NCBI GenBank assembly: GCA_019057865.1
Contig: JAHLWP010000055.1
Span: forward strand, 1-19,424
Direction of reading: 5' to 3'
Length of the DNA stretch: 19,424 nucleotides
Source of the DNA: Promethearchaeota archaeon
Lineage (GTDB): Archaea > Asgardarchaeota > Lokiarchaeia > Sigyniarchaeales > SOKP01
This document shows, piece after piece, positions 9,465 to 17,876 of the stretch (within the stretch, counting starts at the first letter, position 1; every line of letters starts with the position of its first letter). The notes under the pieces were generated by a model that searched no databases, was not told the origin of the DNA, and saw only the letters and a program-made list of their open reading frames with translations. The position numbers and the translations under genes are program-made.

Positions 9465-9917
9465 ATGGAAAAGGACTCCTTAAAATTTTTTCAAGCCTAT
9501 ATTAAAGAAATGATTGACATTGGTGGAAATAACTTGCCTAAAGCCATCTCTGTAAAATCAGGCGCAAAATTAGGGAAATTATATAAAGAAAGGGGCTCAG
9601 CATCAGATTTCGAGACTGCTTTAAGAAAAGCCTATACTGCATTTAAAGCTAAATCAAAGATTACAAAAATAGATGATAAGACTTATGATGTAATTCTCAA
9701 ATATTCAAAAAAATTCTGTCCAATCGGAGGTTCTTACAATCCATCGCGGGTATCTATTTTCCAAAATAATATATGTAGACCATATACATTAGGATTTTTA
9801 AACGAAATATCCCCCCACTTTAAATTTAAAATTGATTTTAAGAATTGCATGGTTGCATCAAATCAAAAAACTTGCCATTTCATTTTAAAAATCGAAATGA
9901 AAAAGAACATTTATTAA
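9465..9917 (+). CDS. Methanogen output domain 1 / V4R-like small-ligand-binding protein
   Basis: GAKLGKLY...KFCPIGG...ICRPYTLGF...NCM...TCHF, the Cys pattern of the V4R-like fold. Confidence 0.75.
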   Translation: MEKDSLKFFQAYIKEMIDIGGNNLPKAISVKSGAKLGKLYKERGSASDFETALRKAYTAFKAKSKITKIDDKTYDVILKYSKKFCPIGGSYNPSRVSIFQNNICRPYTLGFLNEISPHFKFKIDFKNCMVASNQKTCHFILKIEMKKNIY

Positions 9918-10244
9918 TTTATAGGAATTCATATAAAAATATTTTTTTGACTTCTAATAAGTTGAATACTTATTATTCTTTTTTTCCTATTAAAAATTTG
10001 AGTTTTTTTAAAATTATTATGGAAATCTTCGAATTTATTTTATTTAACATATTAAAAAATTTCTATTACCTTCATATTGCATTAAGAAATATTATTTATA
10101 ATGTAATAAATACACGTATTTTGCAAGATCGAATTTTTCTATTTTTATAGTAATCATTTAAAGGATTAATTTTTATATTATATAATACAAGAGACATAAT
10201 TATTAAGAGAGAGTGTTAGTTTGAAAGATTAACTGATAATGTTT

Positions 10245-10865
10245 TTAACTTTCTAGCATATGCCCCTTCAACGCATTCACCTTTAGTCTAATCTGCTTTA
10301 GTAATTTTGAATGATATAATTTTTTTTTCTTAATTTTTCTATAAACTCTCTCATATAATTTATAAGCATGTATAAAGTTATTTGTTTCTTCATAACATCT
10401 TGCTAAATAAAAGAGACATTTTATTTTACCAATGGAATCATTCAATCTATAATAGATTCTTTTTGCTTTTAATATAATTTTAAAAGATTTTTCATATTTT
10501 TTGAGATTTAAATATACTATTCCAATTAATAGAGTTGATTCTGCAATAATATGAAAACTATTATATTTAATTCCTACCTTTTTAGCCTTTTTAAGTTTAA
10601 CTAATGATTTTTTGCATTTTCCTCGGTCGAAATAGATCTGACCTGATATTGTAAAAATTTTACCAAAGAAATGAGATAAGTTAAACTTTTTAGTCAATAA
10701 AATTGCTCTTTTTAAATATTTTTTGGATTCATCAAAATTATTTTGTTCTGATAAGTTTATTGCTATGTTTAATAAGCAGGTTATTTTCTGAGGATTATTA
10801 TTTAAACTCATATTAATTTCTAAAGATTTATCATATAGTTTTAATGCCTTATCTAAATATCCCAT
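10245..10865 (-). CDS. Tetratricopeptide repeat protein, probably 5'-truncated
   Basis: About 5 long TPR units. The frame is open upstream to 10940 with further TPR sequence (KAISFTSIGRIYQK), so ATG 10865 is an internal Met. Confidence 0.75.
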   Translation of the reverse strand: MGYLDKALKLYDKSLEINMSLNNNPQKITCLLNIAINLSEQNNFDESKKYLKRAILLTKKFNLSHFFGKIFTISGQIYFDRGKCKKSLVKLKKAKKVGIKYNSFHIIAESTLLIGIVYLNLKKYEKSFKIILKAKRIYYRLNDSIGKIKCLFYLARCYEETNNFIHAYKLYERVYRKIKKKKLYHSKLLKQIRLKVNALKGHMLES

Positions 10866-11006
10866 TTTCTGATAAATTCTACCAATAGAGGTAAAACTAA
10901 TTGCTTTTCCATTAAGATTATCTTTAAAATAATTAGGACTCTAAATAATCATTAATCCATTTCAAATATTAAAATTTAATAAGGGTGCTGATACTTTTCT
11001 AATGAG

Positions 11007-11566
11007 ATGAGTGAACATGAAAGTTTTTACACCCTGCTAAATCTGGAAAAAGCGTGTCCACGCCGTACCATATTCAGATTAAAGGGAATTAAAGGTATTA
11101 ACCAATATTATCATGCTCGGAAAATTAATGAGCGCAATAGGATTTATCAATATTTGGCTGATAAATTTCACTTAGATACAAGCAAAATACATTTTCAGGA
11201 TATCGATGAACAATTCATATCTCGATTGGAGAAAGAAGAGATAGGGGAGTTAATTGATAACTTGGAGAAGATAATACAACTTTATGGGATAGAGTTTACT
11301 GAGTTAAATAGACAAATAATTTACACATTTAACAATGTATCAGCAAAACTATACCTTGATGGAATTGGGAGGTTTCTAGGTAAGGATACGCTCTTCAAGT
11401 TCAATTTTACTACCAGATTTAATCGAAATCATGCGTTAGAACTTGTATGTTGCGAAAATTATTTAAGGGATCCAAATATGTTCAAAATTTGTTTGAACAA
11501 CTATTTCAATATCTTAAGATTGAGCATTATTTAATCCTTAATGACTTAGTTGATGGGAAAAAGTTA
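11007..11566 (+). pseudogene. Internally deleted member of the 5804-6292 family; N-terminus resembles a degenerate Cas4/RecB-like nuclease
   Basis: ACPRRTIFRL, LYLDGIG and HALELVCCENYL motifs. Near 11475-11482 the sequence jumps out of frame into QNLFEQLFQYLKIEHYLILNDLVDGKKL. Confidence 0.65.
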
Positions 11567-11602
11567 AATATAAACATTATTTGCTGTTATTTTTCTTTCA
11601 AT

Positions 11603-12301
11603 TTAAGATGCAAAGAATGTATAATCTGACATATCACTGATTTGTGGATTTTGATTGCTATAAAGACTGGTGTATTCTTTAGCAAGATTAAATGCGGTTG
11701 TGTCTTTCTTACCAACATTAACATAAATCCAGAATGCCAACGAAAAGCGCCCCTCTCCAGGAGGGTCTTGAGTCGTACCTTGAGCCTTGTGTTCTTTATC
11801 TGCTGATGACATTACTATATAAGGTTCCTCACTAAACTCATCTACAAATCCTCCAGAATAACAAGCCTCTATTAATAGACCTTTTCTTGTAGCTTCGAGT
11901 TGATCTAATTTCTCCTTAAGGTATGAAGAAGATATCCCATAACCGTTATCATAATAAAAGATATATTGAAAATTCTTATACTCCCCATGACCATAGAGAT
12001 AAAAGAATATTGTATCGCAACTATTCTCATAAGCATCAACACTAGCCAAAGCACTTTGAATATGACAGTCTTCAAACTCAAAGAATTTAGTATAACCTTC
12101 ACGTTCAAGTATTCTTATGTATTTATCAATTATTGTTTGAGTACCTACTTCAGAACTCCAAATAAGAACACCAATCTTTTCCGGGTCTCTTTGTGGTTTT
12201 GGTGGTCGGAAAATTGCAGCATATCCAATACTTGAAAGACTTGCTAATCCTAAGCTTATCATCAATAAACCCAAAAGTGATTTTTTTCCTAATTTTTTCA
12301 T
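11603..12301 (-). CDS. Secreted caspase-hemoglobinase-fold cysteine peptidase (clan CD, C13/C14-like)
   Basis: Signal peptide; catalytic dyad motifs FFYLYGHG and LLIEACYSGGF; later G.FS and QNPQ motifs; GGTGAT SD. Confidence 0.88.
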   Translation of the reverse strand: MKKLGKKSLLGLLMISLGLASLSSIGYAAIFRPPKPQRDPEKIGVLIWSSEVGTQTIIDKYIRILEREGYTKFFEFEDCHIQSALASVDAYENSCDTIFFYLYGHGEYKNFQYIFYYDNGYGISSSYLKEKLDQLEATRKGLLIEACYSGGFVDEFSEEPYIVMSSADKEHKAQGTTQDPPGEGRFSLAFWIYVNVGKKDTTAFNLAKEYTSLYSNQNPQISDMSDYTFFAS

Positions 12302-12527
12302 GATATCACCACTTTATTTTTTAATATATGAATTTTAGTATTACTTTTAGTAAAAAGAAAGTAATATTATCAAGTTTTTAGTAGATTTTCACTATTAAGA
12401 AAATTATAAAGATTAATATTTAAATCTTGCCTTAATATAAAGATAGGGGTATAAAGTAATGTATTTCAATTCATACCCATCATGGATGTATAATAATTAT
12501 TAACTCCTAAATTAGAATGATAATTTT

Positions 12528-12540
12528 TACTCAAAGAGTA
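12528..12540. promoter_or_regulatory. Inverted repeat TACTC-aaa-GAGTA, candidate RHH operator
   Basis: Lies 10 bp upstream of the RHH start codon. Confidence 0.3.
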
Positions 12541-12550
12541 TAAATATACT

Positions 12551-12706
12551 ATGGCTGATGGATACATTAACATATCTATACTAAAAGAATTCATTAAAAA
12601 AGTTGATAATCTTATTGAGAATGGAGAATATGGATACACTAGTAGAGCAGAATTTATAAAAGAAGCAATCAGAGAAAAATTAAAATCCCTTGGTAAATTG
12701 GTTTAG
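12551..12706 (+). CDS. CopG/Arc/MetJ ribbon-helix-helix protein (51 aa, absent from the ORF track)
   Basis: MADGYINISILKEFIKKVDNLIENGEYGYTSRAEFIKEAIREKLKSLGKLV: beta-strand, helix, and the GYxSRAEFIxEAIR helix. Confidence 0.9.
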   Translation: MADGYINISILKEFIKKVDNLIENGEYGYTSRAEFIKEAIREKLKSLGKLV

Positions 12707-12921
12707 GCTGATTTTTTTATAATTAAAGAAAAAACACTATTTAAAGATTTATACAACAAGTTAATTCAAAAAGAAGTATTTCTGCTTAAAGATTCTGATT
12801 TAATTAAGAAAATTTGTGATAGTATTATAAATAGAATTAAAAAAGGGATTATAAAAGTCGAGTTTGAGTTTTGTTTTTTTAATCCTATAAAAAATCTTCA
12901 AATTCAGTTAAAGAAGAATTA

Positions 12922-13095
12922 TTATAGATGATTATCAATAAAATTCTCTATATTAATAAAACTCTCTATTGCTTGATTTACATCCTTAGGTTTTTCTAAC
13001 ATAACATTATGACCAGCTTTCTTAATTATATAAAGTTCTGAATTTTTAATTTTATCATGAAAAAACTGTGAATATTTTACAGGTGTAAGCTGGTT
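12922..13095 (-). pseudogene. Alpha/beta hydrolase C-terminal fragment
   Basis: Hand translation: NQLTPVKYSQFFHDKIKNSELYIIKKAGHNVMLEKPKDVNQAIESFINIENFIDNHL*. It contains the catalytic-His motif AGH...EKP..VN.AI..F and has no start codon. Confidence 0.85.
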
Positions 13096-13330
13096 GTATA
13101 AATATCCTGAAAATAAGTTTATTGATTTTTCAGAAATTCCAATTGATTTACAAACGGAGGGTGTACTTCAAAGATATTACATATTTACAACAGATGAGTT
13201 TAGTGAATTCTTAAAGTATTTAATACTGCAACAAAAAAGTATTAATGTAAGGGGTGTATGTGAGTTATTAGAACTTTATGTATCTGATTATGAATTAATC
13301 AATAAAAAAGAACGAAAAAAGAAAAAATAA
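13094..13330 (+). pseudogene. Probable 3' fragment of a hypothetical gene
   Basis: 78-aa protein-like ORF whose TTG abuts the truncated hydrolase, leaving no promoter space. Confidence 0.5.
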
Positions 13331-13497
13331 AATAAAATTGCATTCAATATTATATTTTTTTGATATAGACTAATAATGATTCCATTAATCCTTTTCATAC
13401 TATTATCATGATAATGAATTTAAATTAATTTATTTAGTATTCTACTTTACTACTTTTTAGCAAAATAATAGGAATCAATCTTGGATCATTTTATCAT

Positions 13498-14391
13498 TTA
13501 ATTTTTTTTCTCAGAATAGAATAGTCCATCATTCGTATTTATAAAACCTTTTATTATTGCTGGTAAAGAAATATTGAGATCTACGAGATCTTCTTTTAAA
13601 TTCGCTATAGAATAATATGCTGAACAAGAATCACCATCTTGTAACTTAGTAGGAAGGGGTGTATTAAATCTCGTACTTGGATGTAAACTAGGTTGCCGTG
13701 TCCACAAACCAAACCACTGAGCTTTATCAATATCATATATGTTAAATCCATAACTATTAATTGTAATTGGACGGATGGATTTATTCACACCATTAATGCT
13801 AACTAACCGTTCTACTCCAAGATCAGGGATCATCGTATTGAAGTGTATCTTTACCTCAATACGCTTTTTATATGGATCTGTATTGATAATATATGAGTTT
13901 ACTTCCTCCATAGAAAGTTGTCTTTTACGACCATCTGAACGAATCCAAAATGAATACGATCGAAAGTTGGGGTTATTTGGATTATTAATTCTCCGAATAG
14001 CATATAATCCTTTTTGTTTCGGAAAAACTTGTACTCCTAGAACATATAATCCATTGGACAAATAGATGGGATATAAAATGGGAGGGGGATCGAGGTGTGG
14101 ATCGATATTCAGATTAATGATGTGGTCAATAGTATTTTTTAAATTATCAACTTTATTTCGAGTCATACCAATGAGTTCAAATGGATCATCTCTTATTCCA
14201 TATAATATATAACCACCAACTTCAGAATTTGCAAATGATACGATATCTTTCCTTAATTCATTAGAATCTTCGCTATATTGTACTTTATATTCAATATTCG
14301 TATCTTCTAAATTATATGGATCATCCCGTAACAATTCTAAATCAGCTTCAGTCCAAGTTAGTATGGGTTTATCTATTCTCATTAAAATCAC
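13498..14391 (-). CDS. Schlafen/AlbA_2-domain protein with a beta-rich C-terminal domain
   Basis: EDTNIEYK...KDIVSFANSEVGGYILYGIRD...FWIRSDGRKRQLSMEEV, followed by about 120 aa of predicted beta-strands. Confidence 0.9.
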   Translation of the reverse strand: MILMRIDKPILTWTEADLELLRDDPYNLEDTNIEYKVQYSEDSNELRKDIVSFANSEVGGYILYGIRDDPFELIGMTRNKVDNLKNTIDHIINLNIDPHLDPPPILYPIYLSNGLYVLGVQVFPKQKGLYAIRRINNPNNPNFRSYSFWIRSDGRKRQLSMEEVNSYIINTDPYKKRIEVKIHFNTMIPDLGVERLVSINGVNKSIRPITINSYGFNIYDIDKAQWFGLWTRQPSLHPSTRFNTPLPTKLQDGDSCSAYYSIANLKEDLVDLNISLPAIIKGFINTNDGLFYSEKKN

Positions 14392-14503
14392 TTTTTTATA
14401 TTATTATATTATAATTGAGTTTATAAAATCAAAATTATTCATCCCACCATATTTTTCTTTAAAAAGATGTGTTATTGGAAAAGAAACAAAAATAAAAAAG
14501 ATC

Positions 14504-14668
14504 CTACTTTAATTTCTTGCTTTCCTCATATTCCATAAAATAAATATCAATTAATAATTTTAATAACTCTTCTTTCCTCTCTTTAATAGAAAGAGACTTA
14601 AAATATTTTTTTATATTCCTATATTTAATTGAATCCTTAGTAGAAAAGATGTCGATCTTGTCAATCAT
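14504..14668 (-). CDS. Small hypothetical protein (54 aa, absent from the ORF track)
   Basis: MIDKIDIFSTKDSIKYRNIKKYFKSLSIKERKEELLKLLIDIYFMEYEESKKLK; TTTATATAA boxes upstream on the - strand (about 14723-14752). Confidence 0.55.
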   Translation of the reverse strand: MIDKIDIFSTKDSIKYRNIKKYFKSLSIKERKEELLKLLIDIYFMEYEESKKLK

Positions 14669-14766
14669 ATAAGTATTCAGCTTTTTTGTCGGCTAATTAT
14701 AAATTTTTATTTATTATATTTATTATATAAATGGGGAAGCCGATTATATAAATCTTACGCTCCCAC

Positions 14767-14792
14767 TATTTAATTAATTAATTAATTAAATA
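14767..14792. repeat. 26-bp perfect AT palindrome / (TTAA)n tract
   Basis: TATTTAATTAATTAATTAATTAAATA equals its own reverse complement. Confidence 0.85.
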
Positions 14793-15195
14793 TATTTGTA
14801 CACTTTCGGCGCATTAGATTTGAATCTAATTATGAAAGGCGCCTAATACCCAATGACGAAATATTATTTCAAAATGAGTAGTATATTTATATCTCTTTAA
14901 GTATTTATGTACTCAACTTCTAAAATTAAGAATTTAAGGCTTTTAACTTAATTATTGTATGACAAATGGTTAACAATTAATAACTTTTACAAGCTAAAAA
15001 ACAAATAGATACGAATTTGAATAAGTATCTTTAGAGAAAACAATGCGCATTTAAAGAACAAGTTATCTTACAATTGAAAACTTATAAACAGGTATTAAAA
15101 GATTTGAAAATAATTTAACTCTTAAGAAATAATGAGAGAATTTATTCTAAAAAGATTTAATTTTAAGTAATTATTAAATAGAAATTGTAGAAAAA

Positions 15196-15624
15196 ATGAA
15201 AAAGAGAAATTTAGCAAACCTCATCATATTCCTGAATGCTCTCCTAATCTATTTTGCATTAGTATCGCTCTCTGTAAGATCATTTCATAGTTGCTGGGAT
15301 CTTTATCCTGATGATCCTTATGGTTTTTGTGAAACTGAAAAAGAATTCTTTCTCAAGGTGATTAGAAGAGGATCAATTTATTGGACTGCTATTTCTTTTC
15401 TAATGCTTATAATCTTCCTAGCAGTTAAAGAAAGCAAGGATGATAGACCAAAAAAAACGTATATAGAACAAAAAACGATTATGAGACAACAAGAGGTAAT
15501 AGTTTCACCATCCAGAAGTACTCCAGCTTATCCAAATTTCTGCCCTGAATGTGGTTCTAAAATAAGAGAGGTAGACCAGAAGTTTTGTATCAATTGTGGA
15601 AAAGAACTAAGTGATATAATCTGA
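15196..15624 (+). CDS. Two-TM membrane protein with C-terminal zinc ribbon
   Basis: Two hydrophobic helices flank a loop with a Cys pair; FCPECG...FCINCG at the C-terminus. Confidence 0.88.
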   Translation: MKKRNLANLIIFLNALLIYFALVSLSVRSFHSCWDLYPDDPYGFCETEKEFFLKVIRRGSIYWTAISFLMLIIFLAVKESKDDRPKKTYIEQKTIMRQQEVIVSPSRSTPAYPNFCPECGSKIREVDQKFCINCGKELSDII

Positions 15625-15668
15625 GTTATCTATTTTTCTTTTAAATACTTATAGCTTTCATACCTTAT

Positions 15669-16502
15669 ATGGAACGATTAGATTTAAAAAACTTTCATTT
15701 TAAGTGCTTATTATGTGGAAATTGTTGCTATAATGTATTACATAAGGTGGAAACTACAGAATACGCCTATGATTATCAAGGCAATTTAACCCAAAATCCA
15801 GAACTCTCGGTCGCAATACCATATACCGAATTACCTACTCTTAAAAGAAATATTCACCAACAATACAACTTAGATCTTAGGGTGCATCCACAGGAAGCAT
15901 TTTTTATGAAAAACTTCCGCATTGGGTTCATATATATGTATCAAATGGGAGTAAAAAAGAAAAAATTTTGCATGTTTTACGATATTCATCAAAGGAAATG
16001 TAAAATCTATCGTGCAAGACCTTCTGCTTGTCGATCCTTTCCTCTGATATTCAACCCAGACAACATTAGTCTTCCTACCATTGAATGGGCTTGTACTGGA
16101 ATTGAAAATGAGATTAGAAGACAATTTCCCGCCATGAAAGACGGACAAGTTTTCGAGATCGACAATATCGAGTTAGCAAGCTCCTTTTTAGATGAATTCT
16201 TATTGTTTATCCTTAATAATGAATTTATGCTTTCCCTTGCCCATTTAATCGTTTCTAATTTAGAATTCTTATTCTTAGATAAAGAAATTACTCCTGAAAA
16301 AATAAATAATTACGAACTGAAAGATTTTTCTCAATTTTTCACGTGGGCACAATTACATATTAAAAATCAGAAGATAAGAATCCTTCTTAACGAAGTCCGT
16401 AGGAGTTATGACCAATTACAACTAGAGACATATAATAAGAGAAAATCATGGAAATCTCATCCTAATAAGATTCAAATTCCAATAAAAATCTGGAAATTAT
16501 AA
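15669..16502 (+). CDS. YkgJ-family (CxxCxxCC) cysteine-cluster protein
   Basis: FKCLLCGNCC...FCMFYD...CKIYRARPSACRSFP...C. Confidence 0.92.
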   Translation: MERLDLKNFHFKCLLCGNCCYNVLHKVETTEYAYDYQGNLTQNPELSVAIPYTELPTLKRNIHQQYNLDLRVHPQEAFFMKNFRIGFIYMYQMGVKKKKFCMFYDIHQRKCKIYRARPSACRSFPLIFNPDNISLPTIEWACTGIENEIRRQFPAMKDGQVFEIDNIELASSFLDEFLLFILNNEFMLSLAHLIVSNLEFLFLDKEITPEKINNYELKDFSQFFTWAQLHIKNQKIRILLNEVRRSYDQLQLETYNKRKSWKSHPNKIQIPIKIWKL

Positions 16503-16585
16503 ATGAAATTAATCAGCAAAAAAAAAAGAATAGTATTTATATTAATCTAAAAAATTTGTATTTTTGGATATTTTATTATTTTAAT

Positions 16586-17761
16586 TTAGCGATATATCCT
16601 TAATGCTTCGATAAAACAGATGTAAGTTCTTATTGGAGTTTTAAAATTATCAATATTAACTTTAACTTGGCTTTTTCTGCCCTTTTTAGGGATATAGATA
16701 AATTTTTTATCATCTGAAATCTTTAATTCAGGCGTCGTATGGGATTCAATATGACGAAATTTCTCAAAAGGTAAAAAAAATCCTATAATAACCCTACTTA
16801 AGTTAGGACAATATTTAGTTAGATTCTTTTTTATATAGTGATTAATAATTGTGTTTAAATTAGGGAAATGGTATTCTATCTTATAATTATTTACATAGTC
16901 TCTATTTCCATTTTCATATATATGCCATAATCTGAGTAAATATTTCACCAGATCTATATGGAATTCATGTAAATCTTTTGTAAGTTCCAATAAATTATAA
17001 AAATCTTCCTTTTTATGCTCATCTATATAAGATATATCTTCAATAATATTTTTACCAAAGTCTCCTAAATCTTGAATTGGTTTTACTACTTCGGGAGGGC
17101 ATTTTTCGGAAAACTCCCTATTAATTCGTTTAAATGTATCACTAGTTAATTTAAATAGCCCCACTCCTTTTCTCCTCTTAGATTTCACTTTAAATCTTGC
17201 GCTCTCAACTTTAACCACCCTTTCTAATATGTTAAAATATATTTCTATTGCGGGTAGTGTCTTAAACAATAAATCAATATATAATGATGTATTTTTATCT
17301 ATTTTTCGCCAAAGGTGTGATTTTGAAACTAAAATTTCGATAGGATTAATACTTGTATTAAAAAATATTTTATATGACTCATTTATCTCTATTTCTACTA
17401 AATCCTTGTTCTTTTGTCTTACCATTTCAATAAATTGATCATATTCTTGAATGGCTCTTTCTATTTCTGTAATTTCAAATACAATAGGCCAGAAACCAAC
17501 ACTTTCAAAAATACCAGATACATTTGGGTATCTCTTTTTACCCCATAAAAATATGCCGAGTCCATGCTCTTTAAGATCCTCTCTAAATTCCTTTTTCTCG
17601 TCTGGATAATCGGATAAACTGCTAAGTAATTCCATTTTATTTTTTGTCTTTAAAAATCGTGCTAGTTTTTGCATTAAGTTAGCTAGATCTTGTGCAAATG
17701 TTTCTAAAGTTTGTTTTAATTTATCTGCCTTTTTTTCGAATTTTTTTATTTTTCTTTCCAT
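16586..17761 (-). CDS. Helical hypothetical protein with N-terminal coiled coil and C-terminal HEPN-like RxxxxH motif
   Basis: 391 aa; FRHIESH at 16739-16759. The HEPN call rests on this motif and the helical context only. Confidence 0.7.
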   Translation of the reverse strand: MERKIKKFEKKADKLKQTLETFAQDLANLMQKLARFLKTKNKMELLSSLSDYPDEKKEFREDLKEHGLGIFLWGKKRYPNVSGIFESVGFWPIVFEITEIERAIQEYDQFIEMVRQKNKDLVEIEINESYKIFFNTSINPIEILVSKSHLWRKIDKNTSLYIDLLFKTLPAIEIYFNILERVVKVESARFKVKSKRRKGVGLFKLTSDTFKRINREFSEKCPPEVVKPIQDLGDFGKNIIEDISYIDEHKKEDFYNLLELTKDLHEFHIDLVKYLLRLWHIYENGNRDYVNNYKIEYHFPNLNTIINHYIKKNLTKYCPNLSRVIIGFFLPFEKFRHIESHTTPELKISDDKKFIYIPKKGRKSQVKVNIDNFKTPIRTYICFIEALRIYR

Positions 17762-17876
17762 TTTCTTACTTTTCTTAGGTCTCTAATTTCTCTACCCCTT
17801 ATGTTTTAAAGGTTTTTCAATAAATTAAGTACATACTTGTATAAAATAAAAAAAAAGTTAAAAAATTAAATTTAAT

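Noticed and set aside
6065-11566. Homologous 84-bp pair as a DGR template/variable repeat
   Set aside because: Mismatches are largely at third codon positions and not adenine-specific; no reverse transcriptase is present.
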